Positions 54,060 through 64,000 of a DNA stretch of 64,000 bases are shown here, piece after piece. Each line of letters begins with the position of its first letter. Position 1 is the stretch's first letter. Location of the stretch: assembly GCA_951406725.2 (NCBI GenBank), contig OX597833.1:73284001-73348000 (forward strand), written 5' to 3'. A program made the position numbers and the translations under genes. The DNA comes from Octopus vulgaris (lineage: Eukaryota). The notes beneath the pieces were generated by a model. It had not been told where the DNA came from and did no database searches. It saw only the letters and a program-made list of their open reading frames with translations.

Positions 54060-57000
54060 ACAAGCTAGATTCTTTGCCGAAAAGCACCTGGTACAAGTCT
54101 TTAACTTATCTCCAACCAAATGTAAGAAGGAAAAGGAATTGTTCTCTTTTCTGTTTTGAAAGAAAACTTCTTCGTACAAGCACGAGGGTTTGGACTGTAC
54201 ATTTTACGATAAGTATCGTTTTGGTATTTTTGTTTATAATTCTTTTATTTTCCTTTAATATAAGGTAACATCTCAGTTACGATTTACGACGCCATCTTTG
54301 TTTACATTCTGAGAATAACTTTCTTGCAATTTCTGTTTCGCTTTCACTCTATCTTTCATTTCATCTCTATAAAACTAATATTTAGAAATTCTTTTCATAT
54401 GTTTATTTTCCTCTGAGCTAGAAATATAATCGTAATTTTATCGTAATTTCATTCTATCTCTATAAAACTAATATTTAAAAATCCTTTTCACTTGTTTATT
54501 TTCCTGTAATTTAAGCTAACGACTGAGAAATATCGTAATTAGTTTAGAATTAAATAATTCTTTCATTTCCTCACTCTCTTCTACCTCCTCTCTCTTCCCT
54601 TCCATATACTCCCCCACTTCCAGCCCCTTTCTCCCTTCCTTTATCTCTTTTTACGCTTACCTTTTCCCTCTCTCTTGCATATCTTACTCTTTTTCTCATC
54701 TCTCTCCATCCCTTTCATATCCTCCTCTTCTCTCATTTCTATATTCCTTTCTATCTCACATCTACCTCTCCTCTCGTCACCTCACCCCCTCTCTCTTATA
54801 CTTCTCATTCGCCCATTCTTCTCACTCCGTCTCTCCCTCTCTCTCACATCCTTCATCCTGTCTCTCCTTCACTCTGTCTCTCTTTCTCTTGCTATCCTCT
54901 CCCCCTCTGTTTCTCTTTCTCTTTCTCTTCCCCTCCTCTCCTTCACTCTGCCTCTCTTTCTCTTCCCCTCTTCTCCTTCACTCTGTCTCTCCTTCTATTC
55001 CCCTCCTCTCCCCTCCCCTACCTTCCTCTATCTCTTTAACACACCACACCCCCTTGCTTTCCTCCTATCACCCTCTCGATTTCTTTCATAGCACCTCTCT
55101 CTTTCCTTCCTATCTCCCTCTCTCTTTCCCTATTTCCCCCTCTGTGTGTCTCCGTCTCTACCTCTCTCTATCCATCATTACCTTTCTAGCCTCTACTCCC
55201 CCTGTGGACTTCAAAACGAAGATGGCACCAAAGTGGCAAAAGAAAGAGTTAGATCTTCTGCTAAGAGCATGGAACAACATCATCACTGCCGCGCTAAAGA
55301 ACAATGGATTTTATAGAACCATTGACCAAATAGAACGAAAAAAAGGTGAATTTATCTGGTCTTACATGCTTATAAGACCACACATCAAAACATTGGACAA
55401 CATAATTGAAAATTATTGTGGCAAGGCTGATGAGGATGAAGAGGACGAAAAAGAGAAGGAAGCCGGAAGTCTCTGTGATCCAGGGGTTCCTCAGTAAAAT
55501 GGATCACCTACCTCGGTGAACGACCAGGTAGTGAAGGATAGGGGAGCCAAGGGAGCAGAAACCGGAAGTCCCCCTGTACCAGTGGTCCTACAAAGAAATG
55601 AGAAATTAGAAAAACAGAAGAAAAAAGGAAGGGCCGAAAACAAAAAAAAAGAGGGAAAAGGAAGAAAAGGCAAAACAACCAAAGCTGAAACCCCAACCCA
55701 CCACACAAATAGCAGAGAACCCCATGGAGGATCCAATGCCACCCAGAACACTTCAGGAAAGAAGAAATCTGGAAGGCACCGAAGAACCTGTAAATTCTAC
55801 CTGCGGGGCAAATGTTGGCATGGGGAGGACGGCAAAAACTGCCGGTTCGCCCACCCGACACCCCACCAGAACTTCAGGGGACTCAAAGAAGAGAGCTTTA
55901 CTGAAGGAAGGCAAGAAATGTCTCCCAGGAAAACTTTCAAAAAAGAAGTGCGCTCCTCAGATGTTCTGCGCAACGCAGCAGCTGAGCAAGAGTCTTTTTT
56001 ATGCATGGCACAAAGAATCATCTGGCAGCTAACCTGGCTATACCAAGCACAGAGAAGGAACCCTGCCCACCACTATGCAAGACCACCACAGTCAACAGAC
56101 ACGGGATGGCCTCCCCTAACGCCTGCACAGCCGTCACCCCAATACTTTTACTAAATATTGGAGGCCTGTTGCATCAAAGTAGAAACAAAATTTCTTTCCC
56201 GAGAGATCTTACTGCATACAATCAAGCCCTATGCATAGCACTCGTAGAAACTCATCTCAGCCCTGATATAGAGGACGCAGAAGTACACATACCAAACTAT
56301 GCCATACTGCGAACAGACAGAAGGGAAAGGTGCCATGATGGAGTTGCTGTATACATCCGAGATGACCTCACACCCCAGGTCATAATGACACACTCAAATT
56401 CGGTATGTGACACTCTAATTGTATACATAAGACAACATAATATAGTCATATACTATACATATTGCCAACCGGATGCCCCAAATTACATAGGCAAGTTCGA
56501 AGATTGCCTCACAAGAATTAAAGAAATCCTCATGAATCTGGAACACCACGTGACCATATTTCTTATGGGTGATTTCAACTTCCCCAACGTCAAATGGCCC
56601 GAAGGTCTCATACTCTCAGGAATGAATCATTGCAAGCAAGTACAGGTGGAGTCCCTGCTCAAACTTACCAACGCCTTATTCATGGAGCAAGTTGTACTCA
56701 AACCAACTAGGGCGAATAACATTCTGGATCTCTGCTTCACGAACAATATGGACATCATTCATGATGTGAAAGTGACACCAATATCAGTTTCGGATCACAA
56801 CATAATAGAGCTGTCTATGTTTGGGCCAAAAGTAACTAGAGACATAGCCTAAAGGAAGCACCCCAAATCTCTCCAATCGGAACTTCCACAAAGCAGATTG
56901 GAAATCGATCCAAAAAGAGATCCTCAGAGAGGACTGGCCGGAATGTCTCTCCACACCAGACATTGACATGAAACTAGAATGTTTCATGTCTTCTGTGCAA

Positions 57001-57835
57001 GTCGTATGCCAGAAATATGTCCCAGAGCACAAGGCCAAAACAAATAGGAGCAAGATTCCAAGAGACAGGAAGATCCTCATGAGACGACGGACGAAGGTTG
57101 CAAATCGTCTCAACCAACATCCCAAAAGATGGCGACAAAGTGCAGACGACTGGCTGGATGGATCCTAAGAACATTCAGAACCAGAGATAAAGAAACCATG
57201 ATGGTCCTCTGGCGGACATTCGTCCTCAGCCGCCTGGATTACTGCTCACAGCTATGGTCACCCACCAGTGTAAAATTAACTGCGGACCTTCAAGCAATCC
57301 AGAGAAGATTCACAAAGAAGATCGTCTCTTTGGAACACAGCTCAGCTACTGGGAAAGGTTGAAACAGCTAAGACTCTACTCCCTAGAGAGAAGACGGGAG
57401 AGGTATGCAGTAATATATGTCTGGAAGATCCTGGAAGGAACTGTGCCAAATTTTGGCATTGTAAGCTACACCAATGCTAGAACGGGACGACACTGCATAG
57501 TGCCAAAGATCCCAGCAATGCCATCACGCTTCAGGACCAGCTTCTGCAACAGCCTGGGTTTCAAGGGCCCACAGCTTTTTAATATTCTTCCAAAGAGTCT
57601 GAGGAACTTGCACAAAGTAGATGTAGCAGTTTTAAATCAAAGTTGGACATCTTCCTGTCGAGAGTCCCAGATGAACCTACCTCACGGCAAGAGGTGCAAA
57701 TGAGAGTAGCTATGTCAAACTCCATTCTTCACCAAGTGCCACATATTAGAGGAGGTTCTTCGTAATAACAGTGTAGCACAAAACGGCGGTGCAACAGCAT
57801 GGCCACAGCTCTGAGCTGAAACAATAAAAAAAAAA
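54060..57835 (+). mobile_element. CR1-group LINE family A with 5' region, ORF1 (CCCH finger), APE and 3' tail; RT deleted
   Basis: Pyrimidine-rich leader; ORF1 55222-56154 with one in-frame stop, 'CKFYLRGKCWHGEDGKNCRFAHP'. ORF2 from ~56106 'LLNIGGL..LVETHL..MGDFNFP..SDHNII' jumps at ~57128 to the post-RT region. 5' boundary uncertain. Confidence 0.85.
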
Positions 57836-57986
57836 ATATATATATATACATATATATATATATATTTTATATATATACTAAGTAATTAAGGGTTTAGCAA
57901 CGATTTGCCTCACCACACACCGAATTTAGAAATAGCAGTCAAAGAGTTAATTTCACCCTATATTATTACTGATAACATATATATAA

Positions 57987-58105
<119 letters not shown>

Positions 58106-58120
58106 CATATACATATACAT

Positions 58121-59330
58121 AGCAAGGAAAAATTGTAAAAATGCAGAATGCTAAATTGAAAGAAAATTTTAATGAAATGAGAAATTGATAAAATATATAA
58201 ATATATATTTATTCAAACCGGTTTTCGTCATAATGTGACTTATCAAGAATAGTTAGGTAAAAAAAGTTTTTTAAAAATGAGAAAGGGGAAAAAAGAAAGT
58301 TGCATTGTTTTTTTCAAAAGAATAATAATATGTACAAAAATTAAAAAATAAGTACTCCGATACATTGTGAGTTCGTTGTGTATCTTGAGTTTAATGATTG
58401 TTCACGAAAAAATTATCTTGAGGTATTAGGATCCAATGGGATTGAGACCATGTGTTGTTTGGTTTAATTAAGGATGTTGGCAAAACAGGAAGTAGTAGTA
58501 ATTGTGGTTCTTCAGTTCCTGTGTTGTGAATAAGGGGAGACAACTCTTTTGAGTTCTTCAATTTTTGTTTCTCAAACTCCCCTGCAATAAAGGCTGCTAA
58601 TAAACCCCAAATCATAAAATTATCATTTTAGCTTCATTTGCATTATCTTTTTTATATACTTGTTTGTTAACTTAACTTTCAGATTTTAACACTTTATTTA
58701 TATTATTTTCTAATTATATAAATTTGCATAGACCAATTTATAGTTACATTTCAGATTGTTATATCATATATAATAAAAATGATAGTAATAACAACAATAG
58801 TAAAAATGATATTTAAAGAATATAAGTTTTAGCTTGAAGTGATGAATGCATGGTATCCTTATATATTTGTGTTAGTCCATCCATGAAGAATGAGGTAGAA
58901 AAAGGAAGTTTGATCAACGAGGAGTTTGCATATTAAGTTGTGTTTGGAATTTTTCAATAAAGAGATTCTCCTTGTTAATTCTCTCCTGTGTGGTGATCCT
59001 GTCTTTACATTGGTAGAAGGGGAATATATAGAATTTGGGGTTTAAGTCTTTAGCGCATGAGTCTATGTGGTCACTCAGTGGAATTTGTCGGTATTTCGGG
59101 AGATTTATTTGTTCTTTATGCACCGCATAAAGAACTTTTTTTTACCTAACTATTCTTGATAAGTCACATTATGACGAAAACCGGTTTGAATAAATATATA
59201 TTAATATATTTTATCAATTTCTCATTTCATTCAAATTTTCTTTCAATTTAGCATTCTGCATTTTTACAATTTTTCCTTGCTTATCATTTCTCCACGTGCG
59301 GTCAACACAACCCCACCATTTATTGATCTC
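58121..59330. mobile_element. PLE remnant bounded by ~150-bp inverted repeats
   Basis: 58121-58270 is the reverse complement of 59133-59281. Internal minus-strand GIY-YIG C-terminus 'HKEQI...SDHIDSC...ERINKENLFIEKFQTQLN'. Confidence 0.8.
59151..59192 (+). ncRNA. Minimal type I hammerhead motif, U3-A8 core variant (identical copy on - strand at 58210-58251)
   Basis: UAUUC-UUGAUAA-GUCA-CAUUA-UGAC-GAAA-ACCGGU-UU-GAAUA. Confidence 0.75.
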
Positions 59331-59359
59331 TACATATACATATATATAGATATATATAT

Positions 59360-59400
<41 letters not shown>

Positions 59401-59427
59401 CATACATATATATATATATATACATAC

Positions 59428-59467
<40 letters not shown>

Positions 59468-59481
59468 ATACATACATATAC

Positions 59482-59524
<43 letters not shown>

Positions 59525-59606
59525 CATACATATATATATACATACATACATACATATGTACATACATATATATATATACACACATATATATATACATACA
59601 TATACG

Positions 59607-59656
<50 letters not shown>

Positions 59657-59745
59657 AACATATATACGACGGGCTTCTTTTCAGTTTCCCTCTACCAAAT
59701 CTACTCACATGGCTTTGTCGGCTTGTGGCTATAGTAGAAGACACT

Positions 59746-59784
<39 letters not shown>

Positions 59785-60354
59785 GTGAGTGATTTCATTT
59801 CAGTGTTTGTGTGTGTGTGAGAGTGTTTTCATTTCTATGGGTGAGTGCGTATGAGCGACTGTGTGTTTTTATTTGTTTGTGTGTGTGCGACAATTACAGC
59901 TACAACAAACACTTTGACCAGCTCTAACTTACCCATATTTTCAGATCACTAACTACTAAATCAAAAGAAATTCAATTGATTGTATTTTTAGCGACTTAAG
60001 ATATTGCTAATATTTTTGTCATATGGCGATAATGTAAAATATCTTCTAGAGTTACTTACTTCTCTTGAATCATATATAATAAAGACGTGACACTTTCAAA
60101 TTTAAGTAATAGGTGTGTTCGTTATTTGCTCGCGAACGGGTCATGAACATGTGCGCACGAACAGACACACATACACAGTTTTCTGCTAGTATCTTTAACA
60201 AATTAACATTGACTAGCTTATAATTTACATTTCCTTACACCCCCACAACTATATAAAATAATAACATTATCTAGTAGTACCCTTTAGATTTAATCAGGTT
60301 TCTTTTTTTGTTTTAGATAGTATATATGCGTGTGGGTATATACACGTATGTATG

Positions 60355-63100
60355 TCAGGTCACTTTCGAGTGCTACTGGTAACATGTAACCCAGAACAAC
60401 CTGTTGCATGGTCGGGTCGTCGGCGACTAAACCGGCAACACCACCAAACTTGCTTGGTGAGGAGGGTGTTTATTGGACACCCTGCGGGATGAAAAACAAA
60501 ACCCGTTAAAGGGCGGAGGAACTCTTGAGAGTTAACGACCAACCAATAAATGTTTTTTTTCTTTTTTTTCTTAGGGCTTAGGGCTGTATCATGCGCGGGG
60601 ACATAGAAATAATCGGACTGAATACCCGATCGCGGTTAAACCATTGGGAGTGAAGGACTCCTAGCCTTTGTTAGGGCATCCTTCTAGGAGAAGGTAACTC
60701 AGGTAACTGGGATAACTCCGACATAAAACCTGCGGCTCAGTGGTTATCGATGATGTTGACTTGTTTTTCTTTTCGGATTATGGCTGCTGTTGCTTAGTGA
60801 GTGGGATTGACTCAGTGCACAACCTTTCCTCACTTTAAATAAAATCTTTTTGCACAGGTATTGCACGATAACTACATTGGATTTATTAAAGTGATTAACT
60901 AATTCATGATTTTTGATAGTGCTGTGAGTCTCAACTGAATGGCTGGCTGTAGGCTTAAAAAGCAAAAAATCAATGATGTACCAAAACAATATAAAAATAA
61001 ATGGCAGTAAGGACTCTGGAACCACATCAGCTGAAAGAGTCTGGCCCGGCAGGAGCTCCAGAGCTTCACAGTCTGAACCCGGCCGTCATCATGCTACTGT
61101 GATAGAACCAAAGAAAATAGTGAATATAGGCTGTTGGAATGTACGGACACTGCTTGACCACAAGTCCTCTGAATGTCCTGAAAGGACTGCGCTTGTTGCG
61201 AAGGAGCTTCAACGCTATGATCTTGACATCGTTGCTTTATCTGAGACGAGATTACCTGGAGATGGTCATCTTACAGAATCTTGGGGAAAATATACATTCT
61301 TTTGGAAAGGGAGAGATGAAGAGTTTAGAGGAGAAGCTGGAGTGGCATTTGTTGTTAAGACTACTCTTGTGGACAAGTTGGAAGAATTCCCAATCGGAAT
61401 TAACGAGCGTCTTATGTCCATGAGAATTCCTTTGGCAAAAGGAAATTATATGACATTGGTGAGTATGTATGCTCCAACTATGTGCTATGCTGATGACGAA
61501 AAACTTTCTTTCTACCACTCTTTGTTTGGTAAGATATGGACTATTGAATCTGTACATGAGGACTGGAGAGACGCAGTAATGGTGGTCCTGTATAAGGGAA
61601 AGAGCAACAGGATTGATTGTGGTAATTATAGGGGAGTATCATTGCTGTTTGCTGTAGGAAAGATTTTTGCAGGATACTTCTGGATCGTCTGCTGAAATAC
61701 ATTGCAGATTGTGTTCTTCCAGAAAGTCAATCTGGCTTTCGTGCGGGACGTGGCAATGTTGATATAATCTTTTCAGCTAGACAGCTTCAGGAAAAGTGTG
61801 TGGAACAGGCTCTGGATTTGTATCAGGTTTTTGTCGATCTGACAAAAGCCTTTGATACCGTCAATAGAAAAGCATTGTGGAAAGTCCTCCAGAAACTTGG
61901 GTGTCCTGAAAAGTTCCTTGCTTTGGTTAGGTCTTTTCATGAAGACATGAATGGTAGGGTGAATGTTAGAGGGAAGATGTCGGAGCCCATTTCAATACAA
62001 AATGGAGTGAAACAGGGATATATTCTGGCACCGACCCTATTTTCCATATATTTCGCGATGGTGTTCTGTATTGCATTCAGAAACTGCAGATACGGTGTTT
62101 ACGTCCATTATGGAACCTCTGGAAGCATATTTAATATCAGGCGCCTTGCTGCAAAAACAAAGATATTTACCTCTATCATAAGAGACCTTTTGTATGCTGA
62201 TGATTGTGAGTTATTAGCACACACAGAGATTGATATGCAACACATTTTGAATGCATTCTCTGATGCTTGCACTGCCTTAGGATTGACAGTCAATCTCAAG
62301 AAAACTGTTGTCATGCATCAACCTGCTCCTGGCAAGCAGTATAGTGTACCAAATATCTATGTGAATGGTAAACGACTTGATGTAGTCGATCAGTTTGTCT
62401 ACTTGGGAAGCACTATTAATAGATATGGCAATGTGGATGATGAAATTCCATATAGAATTAGGAAAGCAAGTATTGCTTTCGGAAGGCTAGAAAAGCGCCT
62501 CTGGAGTCGGCGAGACATATGCAGAAGGACAACGATAAAGGTGTATAAAGCATGTGTGCTCCCTTCTCTTCTCTATGCCTGCGTACGTGGGTCACATATC
62601 GATACCACCTTAAACAACTGGAGCGTTTCCATCAGATGTGCCTCAGACAGATCTATGGCATTAAGTGGAAGGACCGCATCAGTGATCTTGAAATACTCGA
62701 AGGCTCTCGGTGTGAAAGTATAGAAGCTCTCGTGTTAAAGCAAAGGCTCGGATGGAGTGGTCATCTGGTCAGAATGAAGGAATCAAGGATGCCAAAACAA
62801 CTCTTTTATGAAGAGTTAGTTAAAGGAGAAAGACCTCCACATAAAACAAAAACGAGGTATAAGAACTTGCTGAAGGCTTCCTTAAGAGATGCTCGCATCT
62901 CTCCTGACACATGGGAAGGCATAGCTATTGATCGTAGCAGGTGGAGAAGGATTGTGCATGAGGGGACAGCCACGTTTGAGAAATCTCGAGTTGCACATGA
63001 GAAAGTAAGGAGGGATGTCAAGAAGAGCATCGCTGTTACACTTCCAGAAGGGAAGGGTCTTCCTTTGATTTTGACATGCAATGTCTGTGCAAGACCCTAA
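60355..63100 (+). mobile_element. RTE (BovB-like) LINE with 5'UTR and internal deletion
   Basis: 'IGCWNVRTL', 'DIVALSETRLPG', 'SMYAPT', then abrupt join to 'DWRDA..LYKGK..CGNYRGVSLL'; 'FVDLTKAFDTV', 'GVKQG..LAPTLF', 'LYADD', 'RLGWSGHLVRM'. Confidence 0.92.
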
Positions 63101-64000
63101 CCACCAACACCACAAGAACCATCAACAACACTAGCACCACCAACACCACTAGCACCATCAACACCACTAGCACCACCAAAAAAACACTAGCACCACGAAC
63201 ACCACGAGCACCACCAGCATGACTAGCACCACGATTACCACTAGCACCACCAACACCACTAGCACCACACACACCACTAGCACCACAAACACCACTAGCA
63301 ACACAAACACCACTAGCACCTCCAACACCACCAGCACAACTAGCTCCACCAGCATCACTATCACCACCAGCACCACAACAATCACCACCACCACCACTAC
63401 CTGTAGCACAACCAATACCACTAGCACCACCAGTATTTACAGCAACACTATCACCACCAACACCACCATAAATACTAGCCCTGCCAGCACCACTAGAACC
63501 ACCAACACCACATCCACCACTAGCTCCACAAGCACCTCTAGCACCACCAACACCACTAGCACCACCAACAATATTAGCACCACCAACAACACTAGCACCA
63601 CAAACAACACTAGCACACAAACACCATTAACACCACCAACATCACTAGCACTACCAACACCACTAGCGCCACCAACACCACTAGCACCACCAACGCCACT
63701 AGCACCACCAACAATACTAGCACCACTAACACCACTAGCACACAAACACCACTAACACCACCAACAATACTAGCACCACCAACACTACTAGCACCACCAA
63801 CACCACTAGCACCACCAACACCACTAGCACCACCAACACCACTAGCACCACCAACACCACTAGCACCACCAACACCACTTGCACCACCAACACCACTAGC
63901 ACCACAAACACCCCTAGCACCACCAACACCACTAACACCACCAACACCACTAGCACCACAAACACCATTAACACCACCAACAATACTAGCACTACCAACA
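63100..64000. repeat. 18-bp minisatellite (ACCACTAGCACCACCAAC)n running off the window
   Basis: Directly visible; explains the Thr-, Gly- and Val/Leu-rich ORFs. Confidence 0.95.

Noticed and set aside
54560-55200. Leu/Ser-rich membrane-protein-like ORFs
   Set aside because: Translation of a CT-rich tract in the LINE leader.
60355-60720. HDV-like or twister ribozyme in the RTE 5'UTR
   Set aside because: Expected from family knowledge and hairpins are present, but I could not assemble the nested pseudoknot by eye.
63036-63998. Mucin-like Thr-rich and Gly/Ala-rich ORFs
   Set aside because: Multi-frame readthrough of an 18-bp minisatellite with no splice or start context.

Overview
Eukaryotic, AT-rich, repeat-dominated window. 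The (TA)n/(CA)n density and the SINE families suggest a coleoid cephalopod (Octopus-like); this is inferred from recalled repeat motifs, not from a search. Most of the window is transposon debris. It includes R4/Dong-like, CR1-group and RTE LINEs, Penelope-like elements (PLEs), a decayed Gypsy, one full-length mariner, non-autonomous Helitrons, several tRNA-type SINE families, mini/microsatellites and a mosaic of local segmental duplications. Most long ORFs in the track are microsatellite artefacts. The only host-gene candidates are a CpG-containing promoter/first-exon region near 30.0 kb and a 137-nt exon (34365-34501) encoding a signal-anchor-like peptide. The most striking signal is a set of minimal type I hammerhead-ribozyme (HHR) folds in PLE-type terminal repeats, several as mirror-image pairs. 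Their cores covary at the 3-8 tertiary pair: C3-G8, U3-A8 and an unusual G3-C8, plus U4C variants. A second signal is a SINE/LINE shared 3' tail whose hairpin is conserved despite sequence change. All coordinates were read by eye and element ends are approximate unless stated.
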